Below are positions 30,442-40,655 of a stretch of DNA of 64,000 bases, in pieces. Numbering within the stretch: the stretch's first letter is position 1; the number at the start of each line of letters is the position of its first letter. The notes below the pieces were generated by a model. The model did not search any database, was not told the DNA's origin, and saw only the letters and a list, made by a program, of their open reading frames with translations. The position numbers were made by a program, and so were the translations under genes. This DNA comes from Bacteriovoracaceae bacterium (GTDB taxonomy: Bacteria > Bdellovibrionota > Bacteriovoracia > Bacteriovoracales > Bacteriovoracaceae). The stretch spans positions 416,001 through 480,000 of the forward strand of contig JBLWTJ010000001.1 of assembly GCA_048270185.1 (NCBI GenBank). Reading direction: 5' to 3'.

Positions 30442-31344
30442 TTAAACAGGTCTAACTTCATGAGCTTGTAGCTCACTAGGTAGGTTTGAAATATCAGATG
30501 CAAGCCCAAGGAGAAAGCCTCCGCCGCCAGCACCGCAAAGCTTTAGATAGAAGCGATCGTTTTCAAGGCCTTCGGCCCAAAGGTCGCGATAGAGAGCAGG
30601 AATCATCGGGTTGAAATGTTCAAATTGAAAGGCGGACAATTCTTTAAACTTATCCCATAGAAGCTCATTATTATCTTCAATATAATACTTGATACATGCA
30701 TCAGAGATTGGTGATAGAACACGGTCACACAGGTAAGCAAAGTCTTTAGAAGAACATTTTTCCATAAATAAGTTAACAAGAGGTTCAGTTCTTCTTGCAC
30801 GTCCTGTATTTAATAGGAAGAGGCCAGGGCCCGCTTTGGCCTGATTGAGACTTACTTGAGAAAGTGATTTTGTATTATCAATTAAAAGTGGAACATTAAG
30901 ATAACTAATTAGAGGATCAACGCCTGAAGAAGAACCGTGAAAATGAGATTCCATTTCTTTGAAGCAATCCTTTAAGAAAGCGATATCATTCTTATGTTCA
31001 TCACTGATGTGAGCATAGCGATCAAAGACTGCAGCACATAGTGCACCAGAGCTTCCAACACCATATCCTTGTGGAATAGTGCTATTAAAGCGTAAACCAC
31101 TAGAGATATCAAAAGAGAAAGATTGGTGATCAAAGTCAAAGCTTAGCTTTCCCTTCTTGTGCTCATTTTTAAGATATTGAGAGAAAGCTGCAAGTTCTGC
31201 ATCGACTCCCGCATTTTGATCAACTGGAAAAGTTAACTTACCTTCAAAAAGACTATAAGGCATTGCCAAAGCCTTTGAAGATCTAATGATTGAATACTCG
31301 CCAAAGAGAAGGATCTTGGCATTAAATGAGTTTTCACTTTCCAT
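30442..31344 (-). CDS. mvk: Mevalonate kinase
   Basis: AKILLFGEYS, IPQGYGVGSSGA, HGSSSGVDP, KLCGAGGGG; mevalonate operon context. Confidence 0.9.
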   Translation of the reverse strand: MESENSFNAKILLFGEYSIIRSSKALAMPYSLFEGKLTFPVDQNAGVDAELAAFSQYLKNEHKKGKLSFDFDHQSFSFDISSGLRFNSTIPQGYGVGSSGALCAAVFDRYAHISDEHKNDIAFLKDCFKEMESHFHGSSSGVDPLISYLNVPLLIDNTKSLSQVSLNQAKAGPGLFLLNTGRARRTEPLVNLFMEKCSSKDFAYLCDRVLSPISDACIKYYIEDNNELLWDKFKELSAFQFEHFNPMIPALYRDLWAEGLENDRFYLKLCGAGGGGFLLGLASDISNLPSELQAHEVRPV

Positions 31345-32410
31345 ATTCGACACTAACTCCGCTCCCCATTTCATCGTGAATCACAAGGCCTTCATGACAA
31401 AGTGGTTGGATCTCATTGGCAATAAACTCTTTTGCCTTAATTTTATCTTTAGCAAGGTAGAGAATATGAACATTAGGGCCAGCATCAAGAGTAAAACAAA
31501 TTGCTGTCTTTGTTTGTGCTCTAAAGTTTCTAATCTTTTGAATAATGGCCAAAGTATTTGGCTCCATTAGAATAAATGACGGATTTGAATTCATCATTAG
31601 GCCATGAAGTTCTAGCGCCTCTGCTTCAACAATTTGAGCAAAGCTATCAAAATCCCCATTTCCTAGAGCAAAACAAAGCGAATTAAAGTTATTACACGCA
31701 TTCATAAAACGCGTTTTTGCAAATGGATGATCATTCATAAGAGCATGACCAGCAGTTGAGCTTACCGCCTTCTCACTGGCACTAACAATGGCAATTGAAT
31801 CACAAATACCTTCAAAAGACTCGTGAAATGACTTAAGGGGAACAGCATATTCTTGCGAGCTATCCGCAATCGATTTGCCCCAAATGGCCATCTTTGGATA
31901 AAGAGAGCGACTAGCACTTCCTGATCCTAGGCGGGCCATAAATGATGCTTTTTTAAGATAATAATCTTCGTCATGATCTTCATTTGATATTAATTTTTCC
32001 ACTTCACACAGTGCACTTGCGAAGTTTGCCATCGAAGCCGCACTCGAAGCAATACCAGATGAATGAGGGAATGAATTCATTGAATCCATCGTTATCTTAC
32101 ATTCACTAATAAAAGGAAAAAACTCAAGAGCACGATGAAAGAATTTCTCAACACGTGCTTTAAACTTAGCATTTTCCTTTGATTCAAATTTAAAATCTAG
32201 CGAAAATTCAGATGCTTTTTCAAATTTATATGAAGTTAAAGTATGGGCATGATCAAGCGTTATACTTAAAGAGGGGTTTGACGGGAGTTGTTCACCGTAC
32301 TTTCCCCAGTACTTAATCAGTGCAATATTCGAAGGGCTCTTAACTTTAAAAGTCGGCCCTTCGTTTAGTTTATTTAAATCAAATGATTGAAGAATGAAAT
32401 TAGTGGACAT
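31334..32410 (-). CDS. mvaD: Diphosphomevalonate decarboxylase
   Basis: PSNIALIKYWGK, FPHSSGIASSA, RLGSGSASRS, FTLDAGPNVH. Confidence 0.96.
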   Translation of the reverse strand: MSTNFILQSFDLNKLNEGPTFKVKSPSNIALIKYWGKYGEQLPSNPSLSITLDHAHTLTSYKFEKASEFSLDFKFESKENAKFKARVEKFFHRALEFFPFISECKITMDSMNSFPHSSGIASSAASMANFASALCEVEKLISNEDHDEDYYLKKASFMARLGSGSASRSLYPKMAIWGKSIADSSQEYAVPLKSFHESFEGICDSIAIVSASEKAVSSTAGHALMNDHPFAKTRFMNACNNFNSLCFALGNGDFDSFAQIVEAEALELHGLMMNSNPSFILMEPNTLAIIQKIRNFRAQTKTAICFTLDAGPNVHILYLAKDKIKAKEFIANEIQPLCHEGLVIHDEMGSGVSVEYGK

Positions 32411-33434
32411 TTTTTGGATCAACTTGGAAATCTTTTTCAACGATAAGATCACGATATGGAATTACAACTTTAAGTCCTTTTTCCATAAAGTAATTTGTAA
32501 CATACTTCTTAGGAGCATTACTTGAGGCAAGAATGAAATCTCCTCCCCATGCTCCTAGAGACTTAACTTCACCATCAAAGTCACTAAAGGCTTCTTTCTT
32601 AATTGGACTAAGCTTTAACTGCTTACTTACGATATCTTCGTGAGCGCGGATTAAGAAGTTAAACTCTTCTTGTGTCTTGGCCGCTGCAATCTGATTTGAT
32701 AGTTCACTGATTGTATTAATAACTTCAGGAGAATGTGGACGTAATTCATTGTAGTAAGAAATTGCGTCTCTTGAATTCTTCTTATGCCCTAAATAGACAA
32801 AGTAAAGATTGCTCTTAAAGCTAGGATTGAATTCAACAGGAGACCACTTCGGTCCATCCCCTGATTTTTGATAAATGATAGGATCATCACTTTGAGCACA
32901 AGCAATATCATAACCTGATCCACCAAGAGTATTAAAAGCTAACTCAAAAGGAGAAACCATGGCCCAGTCGGCAATATTGTGAATAAGAGTTGAAGAAGAG
33001 CCTAGCCCCCATTCAAGTGGGAATCCAAGTTGTGTCACAACGTGAACATCGACTCCGTCTCTTAGAAAGTGCTTATTCTGCTTTCTAGCTTGTCTAAGCA
33101 TTTGCTGCAGAACCATCATCTCTTTAGTTGGGTTATCATTTAAGATATTAAAGTGCCAGAATTCGAAGATTACTTCAAACCAAAGATTTCCTGCTGGATC
33201 ATATGACTTCCAATAAAGCTTTGGATCAAATGAAGATGAATATTGTACTCTTAATGACTGTCCAACAGTAGTTGGAAGTCCTAGTGCTTGCGCACCGTCG
33301 AGAACGAAATACTCTCCAGATAGAAGAAGTTTTCCGTGTCCGAAATAGAGCTGGCCATTCTTTGGAAGTTCAAGCTGTTGCTCTCCTTCCAAATACTTAA
33401 GAATTGAATTACTTGTGTGTGTTGTTGTGTTCAT
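32400..33434 (-). CDS. GYDIA-family GHMP kinase (probable phosphomevalonate kinase)
   Basis: HGKLLLSGEYFVLDGA, WGLGSSSTLI, GGSGYDIACA, KSLGAWGGDF. Confidence 0.88.
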   Translation of the reverse strand: MNTTTHTSNSILKYLEGEQQLELPKNGQLYFGHGKLLLSGEYFVLDGAQALGLPTTVGQSLRVQYSSSFDPKLYWKSYDPAGNLWFEVIFEFWHFNILNDNPTKEMMVLQQMLRQARKQNKHFLRDGVDVHVVTQLGFPLEWGLGSSSTLIHNIADWAMVSPFELAFNTLGGSGYDIACAQSDDPIIYQKSGDGPKWSPVEFNPSFKSNLYFVYLGHKKNSRDAISYYNELRPHSPEVINTISELSNQIAAAKTQEEFNFLIRAHEDIVSKQLKLSPIKKEAFSDFDGEVKSLGAWGGDFILASSNAPKKYVTNYFMEKGLKVVIPYRDLIVEKDFQVDPKNVH

Positions 33435-33443
33435 AAATTCTTT

Positions 33444-34724
33444 CTAGTCTCTCAATAATTCTAACTGTTCCCTTACGGCACTAAAAGATACGACCTTATC
33501 GGCAAAGTGTTGTGTAATTTTCTCTTTCTCTTCAGTATTTGCTTCAAGTTGTCCTAGAATATTCATTAGGTGCATTTTCATGTGCCCCTTTTGAATACCA
33601 CTTGTAACAAGACTCTTTAATGCAGCAAAGTTTTGTGCAAGTCCCACACTTGCGGCAATCATCATAAGCTCATTAGCACTTGGTCTCTCTAAAATATCAA
33701 GAGACATCTTAGCAAGTGGGTGTAGCTTAGTTAGACCTCCAACAGTCCCAAGGGCCAGTGGAATTTCAATTTCAAAGTGGAATTTATTATCAATTATTTT
33801 AGCAGTCGTTAAAGAACGATATTGTCCATCACGAGCAGCATATGTATGCCCACATGCTTCAACTGCTCTAAAATCATTTCCAGTAGCGATAACAACACCA
33901 TCGATACCATTAAAAATACCTTTATTATGAGTCGTCGCACGATGCGGATCAATATGAGCAATACGAACAGCGCGAGAGAATTTCTGAGTGAAAGTCTTCG
34001 CATCCATCCCAAGGCCCTTATCATTTAAATCTTCAATTGGACATTCAACCCATGCACGAACTTTACAATCAGGAGTATAGTTAGAAAGGATACACATAAC
34101 AACTTGAACTTTATCAAGTAATTTATCTTCTAAATACTTCCCTACAGCTTCAAGAACAGAGTTAATGAAATTGGCCCCCATAGCATCACAAGTTTCAAAG
34201 GCCATTTTAATTTGATAGTAATTTTCTTCTTTATCAGTGAAGTCAACTAATTCAATCCCACTAATACCACCACCACGCTTATCCATATTAACAGTGATTG
34301 GAGTTAGTGAATTTAGGATATTTACTTTCTCATTCTCAAAGAACGATTGAATTTCTTCTTTGCTACCTTCGTAAATAAAGTGTACTTGCCCTACTTTTTG
34401 GCTACCAACAACACAGGCCTTAAAGCCACCGCGTGAACTCCAAAACTTAGACGCTTTTGAAAGAGCTGCTACAACAGAGCTCTCTTCTATTACCATTGGA
34501 ACATTATAAACTTTATTATTTAATACAAAGTTTGGAACAACACCATAAGGTAGAATGAAGTTTGAAATTGTATTCTCAGAAAACTCATCAAACGTCGCCT
34601 GTGTCTTTTCGTCATCCAACCAGAATGATAAAATTGACTCACGAGAACTTTCGTCAAGATTCTTTGTGATGAAGTTAACTTTTTCTTCTTTACTTAGTTT
34701 TGAAAAACCTTGAATCAATTTCAA
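33444..34724 (-). CDS. mvaA: Hydroxymethylglutaryl-CoA reductase, class II
   Basis: ENTI, EESSVVAA, DAMGAN, THNKGIFNG, TGNDFRAVEA, GIQKGHM. Confidence 0.96.
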   Translation of the reverse strand: MKLIQGFSKLSKEEKVNFITKNLDESSRESILSFWLDDEKTQATFDEFSENTISNFILPYGVVPNFVLNNKVYNVPMVIEESSVVAALSKASKFWSSRGGFKACVVGSQKVGQVHFIYEGSKEEIQSFFENEKVNILNSLTPITVNMDKRGGGISGIELVDFTDKEENYYQIKMAFETCDAMGANFINSVLEAVGKYLEDKLLDKVQVVMCILSNYTPDCKVRAWVECPIEDLNDKGLGMDAKTFTQKFSRAVRIAHIDPHRATTHNKGIFNGIDGVVIATGNDFRAVEACGHTYAARDGQYRSLTTAKIIDNKFHFEIEIPLALGTVGGLTKLHPLAKMSLDILERPSANELMMIAASVGLAQNFAALKSLVTSGIQKGHMKMHLMNILGQLEANTEEKEKITQHFADKVVSFSAVREQLELLRD

Positions 34725-35737
34725 TGTTCTCTCCTTACGCTAAGGTATGAATTAGCAAAATTTAATCCCGCCTTGATTTGCGCGACTTGATTTGCAACCG
34801 AATCATAATCAACCATGGCCGTTTTTAAAAACTCACTGGCCATCCCAAAAATAGCATTTCCTTTCGATAGTTTACAAAGGTAGTGTCCATCTAAGTATGA
34901 TTTAATACCACCTGAGATAATAAAGTTCTTACACTTTATCTCTGGCCCGTATTGGTCAATAATTTCGTTGCTCATGTGTACCATTTCAAGGGCCGTATGG
35001 CCAATATGACACAGAGGTTCATGCATTGTTAAGTTATTAGAATTTCTAAGATACTCTAGTTTAGAAAAATTAGTTCCACCAAAGGCAGCAAACTCAATGG
35101 CAGCAATATCCATCATCATAAGGGCCTTTAGTGATCGAGGTCCAAAACCTTGACCGACTTCTTTAACAATAATTGGAAAATTGAAAAATGAAACACATAT
35201 CTCAATGACTTCAAGAGGTGACTTTTTAATGATATCACCTTCTGGCTGAAACCATTCTTGGGCCGGATTGACATGAATAATAAGCCCATCGGCCGCTAGT
35301 TTTTCAACTAAAGTATTCACACTTGTGAGATTGTCTTGTGCAATAAGCTCTTCCAATTGAGCAACGCCAAGGTTTGCATAAAAAGGAGCGTTCTTGCAAA
35401 GCTTCTTAACAGCAAAGTCTTCTAAAAACTCATCACTTTTTAAAAGCTTTCGACATGAGCCTAAACCCATTCCAAGTCCAAATTCTCCGCAAGCACGAGC
35501 GAGATTCTCATTGATATTCTTTGCTATCCCAGTCCCACCAGTCATCGATGAAATCCAAACGGGAAGCGATAATTGATGGCCGGCAAACTCAATACTAAGA
35601 TCATGTTCAACTCTATTGCCACTAAAGAGTGGTTCATAGTGGAAGCGTTCATCCACTTCGATAGGAAGAACTTGCGCCTGCTTAGTTAGTCGAATATGCT
35701 CAAGTTTACGATCTTGATTCGTCTTATTATCTTTCAT
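34721..35737 (-). CDS. fni: Type 2 isopentenyl-diphosphate delta-isomerase
   Basis: RKLEHI, SSMTGG, IHVNPAQEWFQPEGD, IVKEVGQG, GGTNF, ISGGI. Confidence 0.95.
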   Translation of the reverse strand: MKDNKTNQDRKLEHIRLTKQAQVLPIEVDERFHYEPLFSGNRVEHDLSIEFAGHQLSLPVWISSMTGGTGIAKNINENLARACGEFGLGMGLGSCRKLLKSDEFLEDFAVKKLCKNAPFYANLGVAQLEELIAQDNLTSVNTLVEKLAADGLIIHVNPAQEWFQPEGDIIKKSPLEVIEICVSFFNFPIIVKEVGQGFGPRSLKALMMMDIAAIEFAAFGGTNFSKLEYLRNSNNLTMHEPLCHIGHTALEMVHMSNEIIDQYGPEIKCKNFIISGGIKSYLDGHYLCKLSKGNAIFGMASEFLKTAMVDYDSVANQVAQIKAGLNFANSYLSVRREH

Positions 35738-35929
35738 ATATTTTCGTTAACGTTAGTGATTTAAGGAATTTAGCAGATTTTAAGCGAAGCAACAACATCG
35801 CTTTTATCTCTTGGAAAAATGTATAATCTAAACAAGTAAAATTGTGAACAATACGGATTAGTATGTAAATGATTCCAACAACTTACCATTATGATTGGTA
35901 ATAGTAACTTGCTAGTGTATATATCTGGG

Positions 35930-37039
35930 ATGACAAATTATCACTTATTTCTCTCTGTACTACCTGGCCTTGAAGACTTCTGTCGTAAAGAAGTGAAGGC
36001 CAAACTTGAGCAGTTCCAGCTCGAAGAAATAATTGTACTCAATGACCTAACCCTATCTTCTAGTAAGCTCTATGAGCTTCTAAATTTCATCAAATACCTA
36101 AGAGTTCCAACAAGAGCACTGCTTCGAATTGAGCACTTTGTGGCAAGAGATCTTCCTAAGCTTTATAAGAAATTAAGTAAGATCACTTGGAATGATTATC
36201 TCGTCACAAAAAATTATGATGTAAAAATCAGCTCACAAAGCTCGCGTCTTTTTGATGATCGGAAAATTGAACAGGCCCTGCGTGATGCAATTGCTGACTA
36301 TCAAAAGGCCCAACCCTATAAAGCAAAATATGACAGTATAGAGTGGGATGAGCCACCAAAGATATTTCTAAGATTTGAAAATGATCAATGCCAAGTTTCA
36401 ATTGATTTAAGTGGTAAGAGACTTGATATGAGAGGATATAAGATCGCAACGGCCAAGGCTCCAATGCGCGAATCACTTGCCTATGCTCTCTTGATGTCCA
36501 TTGGTGATACAAGTTCAACTCTAGTTGATCCCATGGCCGGCTCAGGTACTATCATAAGTGAATACTTAAATTTTAATAAGATAAATAATCGACGCTCATA
36601 TAATTTTGAAAATTTCCCAATCTATCGAAGAACGCCTCCTGTGAAGCTTTGGCAGATCGATAATCAAAGCAATGCTAAGGCCTGGGCCTGTGATATTAAT
36701 AAAGAGAATATTAGCGCAATCAATGATAATTTAAATGGTTTTGATAACCTTAAAGTATTGAACGAAGATTTTTTTAAAAGAGATATGGCCTATACCGATG
36801 ACTTTATCATTGCCTGCAATCTGCCTTACGGTAAGAGAATTAAGACAAAAGAAAATATTCATCACTTTGTCGAGAAATTCTTAAGACACGGATTTAAGCT
36901 TGGAGCAAAGGCCATCCACATTGTGGTACCTGAGACCTTTATCATCGATACAAAGAAATTCAAAGTTACACGAAGTCCACGAATTAACAATGGTGGCATC
37001 TGGATTCAATTTATTAAAGTTGTATCACGAGAAGACTAA
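35930..37039 (+). CDS. THUMP/RlmL-like SAM-dependent RNA methyltransferase
   Basis: IDLSGKRLDMRGY, APMRESLA, DPMAGSGT, CNLPYGKR. Confidence 0.85.
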   Translation: MTNYHLFLSVLPGLEDFCRKEVKAKLEQFQLEEIIVLNDLTLSSSKLYELLNFIKYLRVPTRALLRIEHFVARDLPKLYKKLSKITWNDYLVTKNYDVKISSQSSRLFDDRKIEQALRDAIADYQKAQPYKAKYDSIEWDEPPKIFLRFENDQCQVSIDLSGKRLDMRGYKIATAKAPMRESLAYALLMSIGDTSSTLVDPMAGSGTIISEYLNFNKINNRRSYNFENFPIYRRTPPVKLWQIDNQSNAKAWACDINKENISAINDNLNGFDNLKVLNEDFFKRDMAYTDDFIIACNLPYGKRIKTKENIHHFVEKFLRHGFKLGAKAIHIVVPETFIIDTKKFKVTRSPRINNGGIWIQFIKVVSRED

Positions 37040-38226
37040 GCTAAATAGGCCATGGTCTTAACACTAATTCCACTAACATGTGGAATTAAAATTAATTCAC
37101 CACTTTTTACACTTGTTACTTCTGTACCATCAGTTTGAGTGATCTTATGAATTCTCGTCTGCTTTACCTTCCCATCAGGTGTTGAGAGCTTTAGTTCATC
37201 ACCAACTTTAAAAGCAACTTCTTCATTTCGCATTCCCTTAACAAATAAGGCAATATGAGATTTTTTTACGACATCAACGACTTCACCAATAAACCCTTCA
37301 TCTTCTCTTTGCGTTCTCTTATTTTTCAATTTCTTAAAAAGAACATCTGATTTATTTACATGAAAGAAGCCACGAGTAGTTTGGTTTGGATATACTTCTT
37401 TAAAGGCCTTAGCATCTTCTTTTGAAAAATTCGAAAGAAGGCCTTGAGCTTCTGAAAGTATTTTTGCACGTTCATCTACACCAAGGTGTCTTAGATCAAT
37501 TCTAATATCATCAAGCTCACATTGAACTAACTCATCAAGATATTCCAGTAGGAATTGATCCTTTGTATTAAACATGAAAGTTCCATGTTGATTTTCAATA
37601 ATTGGAAAGCCTTTATGTGGAGACTCTTCACTAGAGCCGGCCACTTCAATATAGTCATCTTCTAATTGCTCATCAGAATATAGAGGCGAAACAAGGTTTC
37701 TTGGAGTGTAGAAAAGAAGAATTCTACCAAGTACAAGTAGTTCAGTTAAGACACCCCAACTCTTAATTTCGCGACAGAAATCTTTAACAACATTACTAGA
37801 TAACTCAATTGAGAGAACAACTTTTCTTAGACGATCACCAATGAGTTCACGCCAAACGCGAATTGACTCCAGATTATGATGGCCACCACTATCTAAGAGT
37901 AAATCAATATTAAGATCAGTAAATGTATTTAGACAGAAATTAATGGCCCCAGGGTCTCTTAGTCGAATACTTTCAAATCCGAGATTGGCATATTTTAAGA
38001 ATTGCTCTTTATACATCCCAAAGCGAGTCTCCGTCATAAGAATATCCCACTCGAGACTATATTTAATATCTTCTCTGCGACATTCTGTCACTATGGCCTG
38101 CATTTGCTCAATACTAAGTTTACCGACTTGAGAAAAAAGCTTAGTCGCAAGAATTACTTCTGAACACTGTGACTTATCGAGAATTTCAAAATCGCGAATA
38201 TCACTGATATAAGTTACAAACTTCAC
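37036..38226 (-). CDS. U32 family protein, Cys-poor partner subunit (TrhP-like)
   Basis: DPGAI, VVLSIELS, ENQHGTFMFN..D and U32 C-terminal beta domain; overlaps the upstream U32 gene by 4 bp. Confidence 0.75.
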   Translation of the reverse strand: MKFVTYISDIRDFEILDKSQCSEVILATKLFSQVGKLSIEQMQAIVTECRREDIKYSLEWDILMTETRFGMYKEQFLKYANLGFESIRLRDPGAINFCLNTFTDLNIDLLLDSGGHHNLESIRVWRELIGDRLRKVVLSIELSSNVVKDFCREIKSWGVLTELLVLGRILLFYTPRNLVSPLYSDEQLEDDYIEVAGSSEESPHKGFPIIENQHGTFMFNTKDQFLLEYLDELVQCELDDIRIDLRHLGVDERAKILSEAQGLLSNFSKEDAKAFKEVYPNQTTRGFFHVNKSDVLFKKLKNKRTQREDEGFIGEVVDVVKKSHIALFVKGMRNEEVAFKVGDELKLSTPDGKVKQTRIHKITQTDGTEVTSVKSGELILIPHVSGISVKTMAYLA

Positions 38227-39434
38227 AATTCACCTACTTTTGCGCGAATTAGGTTTTGCTCCTCAACCCCTTCAACATAAGGGATTTTAAAGAGAGCACC
38301 GGGACGGGTGCGATCAAATTCGACTCCTGCAAGATTTGTGATTTTAGTAATATCAACGTTAACATGCGCACTATCAAAAGGAAGAATCTCTAAACTTTCA
38401 CCAATTTCAAATGCACTTCTAACATCAACGACAATGAATTTATCTTTAACAACCTGAGCAACACTTCCAATAGCACGATAAGTCTTATCTTCATGTTCAC
38501 GGTCATTATAAATTGATGATGAATCTGCTTCTTCAACTAAAGACGCTTGAGTATAAGCACGGTGAGTAACTTTTGTTAGTTCCTCTTCCCACTTGAGTAG
38601 GTCTTCACTTAGAAAGTTTCCGTGTTCTTTGTAATAATTTAGGGCCTGCGAATAGACCATTGAAATTGTTCCGGCATACATTGGAGACTTCATTCGTCCC
38701 TCAACTTTAAGAGAGTCAATTCCAGCATCGATGAATTCTTGAAGAAGTCTAATTCCTTCAAGATCTTTTGAACTCATAAAGTAGCTATTAAGTTTTTGTT
38801 TTCCATCATCAATTTGATATTCAAATCGACAACTATGAGCGCAGCCACCACGATTTGAATCGCGGCCTTGTGTGTAGTTAGAGATTACACAATTTCCAGA
38901 GTAGGCCATACACATCGAGCCGTGTACGAACATTTCAATTTCGACGCCAGCTTCTTCTTTGATTTTCTTAGCGTCAGCAATTGAAACTTCTCTTCCGAGA
39001 ACAATACGAGTGACACCTAATTTCTTCCAAAGCTTAGCACTTTCAACATTTAAACAACTCGCCTGAGTTGAAAGGTGAATTTCAAGATTTGTATTATTGG
39101 CTATATAGTTAATTACACCTGGGTCAGAAACGATGACAGCATCAATCTTTATGGCATCAAGTTCTTTGATGAAATCAAGTAGTCCGTCAAAGTCCTTATC
39201 GTGAAAGAATGAGTTGAGGACAACGTAAACGCAGGCCCCACGTTCATGAGCAAACTCAACACCTTCACGCATCTCTTCGATAGTAAAGTTATCGGCCGCT
39301 TGACGTAGGCCATATTTCTGACCGCCAAGATAGACTGCATTTGCACCATAACTAATGGCAACTTTTAATTTCTCTAGGCTTCCCGCTGGAGCTAAAAGCT
39401 CAGGTACCCATCTGGTGTTTTTTTCACTATTCAT
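38223..39434 (-). CDS. trhP: U32 family Fe-S protein, tRNA wobble hydroxylation (TrhP/YegQ type)
   Basis: PELLAPAG, HLSTQ, HGSMCMAYSGNC..NRGGCAHSCR, SLKVEGRMKS. Confidence 0.85.
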   Translation of the reverse strand: MNSEKNTRWVPELLAPAGSLEKLKVAISYGANAVYLGGQKYGLRQAADNFTIEEMREGVEFAHERGACVYVVLNSFFHDKDFDGLLDFIKELDAIKIDAVIVSDPGVINYIANNTNLEIHLSTQASCLNVESAKLWKKLGVTRIVLGREVSIADAKKIKEEAGVEIEMFVHGSMCMAYSGNCVISNYTQGRDSNRGGCAHSCRFEYQIDDGKQKLNSYFMSSKDLEGIRLLQEFIDAGIDSLKVEGRMKSPMYAGTISMVYSQALNYYKEHGNFLSEDLLKWEEELTKVTHRAYTQASLVEEADSSSIYNDREHEDKTYRAIGSVAQVVKDKFIVVDVRSAFEIGESLEILPFDSAHVNVDITKITNLAGVEFDRTRPGALFKIPYVEGVEEQNLIRAKVGEL

Positions 39435-39500
39435 AAGGTCTTCTATGTACCAGAAATTACATATATAATAAAGGTATAGCTAAAATGACGTATAATTTTT

Positions 39501-40646
39501 ATGAGAAAAGTATTCAATATAGTTTTTTATTTAGTTTTGACAATAATTGTCGTCCTGACAGGTGCTCTAAGTTACCATTATTACAGGATGCCAACGAGAC
39601 TTACTCCTGCCCCTTATGCTGTCAAGGAAGGTGTCTATCAGCAAGATGATATTGCATCAAATTCAGACGCACTAATTGTTGGGGACGACATGGGCGTTTC
39701 TCTAGGGCCATATGTTAATGAGATAACCACTGAACTATCAAAGAAACTAGCAAGACCTTTATCAATCTATAATATCTCCGTAAGAGATGAGGCCCTCTTT
39801 CGAACAATTGAAAGACTTAAAAATCTTAAAAAGATCCCAAAAATACTTATCATTGCGACAGGCTTCTCTCAAATGCAAGAGCAACTATACCCTAAATCTA
39901 AAAGTGCAATGAAGAGAAATGATCTCAATTTCAAAATCTATCGCAATCTCTACCTCCAAAGCTTAATGCAAGTTTATCCAAGTATTTCAAGACTGGCCTA
40001 TACAAGTGAAAGCATTAATTTAATTGGCAAAGAAATCAAAGAAATTGATTATACAGAAATTGACGATAATCGCTTTAGAAATATTCTCAGCAAGGAATTA
40101 CTACTCTTTGATAATACGTTTGAAAAGTTACTAAGAGATCTAAAAAGTAAAGGTATCAATGTAATCGTTCTTATTCCTCCTGTTAATGTTGAATTAAGTG
40201 ATTTAAAAGTTTGCAAAGATACCACGACAACGGCCATTGAAGAGGCTTTAAAAAAACTATCAAACCTACTAGATAAGAACAAAACTAAAGAGGCCCAAAT
40301 ACTAGTTAAAACACTTGATAAGAGCATTATAGCCAATAGTCGCTATCATCAATTAAAAGAAAAGCTTTATCAAAAACAAGGTGAGTACACAAAGGCTTAC
40401 GAACAAGCACTATTAAAGTTATCCTTTGCATGTGAAGTTAAATCCTCTCACCCAATGTTTGTTACGATGTTAAAGAAAAATGCACAAGCTCAAAATGTCG
40501 ACATTATTGATTTTGATAATATTGTAAAAGAAGGCTATATGCGAGGTCCTCTCTTTATTACGAGAAAGAATCCTCAATCAACTTTCTATAGTAAACTCAT
40601 TGAAGAGATTATTATTAAGCTAAAGCAAGTAACCCAGTTAAGATAG
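39501..40646 (+). CDS. Membrane-anchored hypothetical protein, SGNH-like fold with TPR insert
   Basis: N-terminal TM; LIVGDDMG resembles GDSL block I without Ser. Confidence 0.6.
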   Translation: MRKVFNIVFYLVLTIIVVLTGALSYHYYRMPTRLTPAPYAVKEGVYQQDDIASNSDALIVGDDMGVSLGPYVNEITTELSKKLARPLSIYNISVRDEALFRTIERLKNLKKIPKILIIATGFSQMQEQLYPKSKSAMKRNDLNFKIYRNLYLQSLMQVYPSISRLAYTSESINLIGKEIKEIDYTEIDDNRFRNILSKELLLFDNTFEKLLRDLKSKGINVIVLIPPVNVELSDLKVCKDTTTTAIEEALKKLSNLLDKNKTKEAQILVKTLDKSIIANSRYHQLKEKLYQKQGEYTKAYEQALLKLSFACEVKSSHPMFVTMLKKNAQAQNVDIIDFDNIVKEGYMRGPLFITRKNPQSTFYSKLIEEIIIKLKQVTQLR

Positions 40647-40655
40647 GATCATAAA

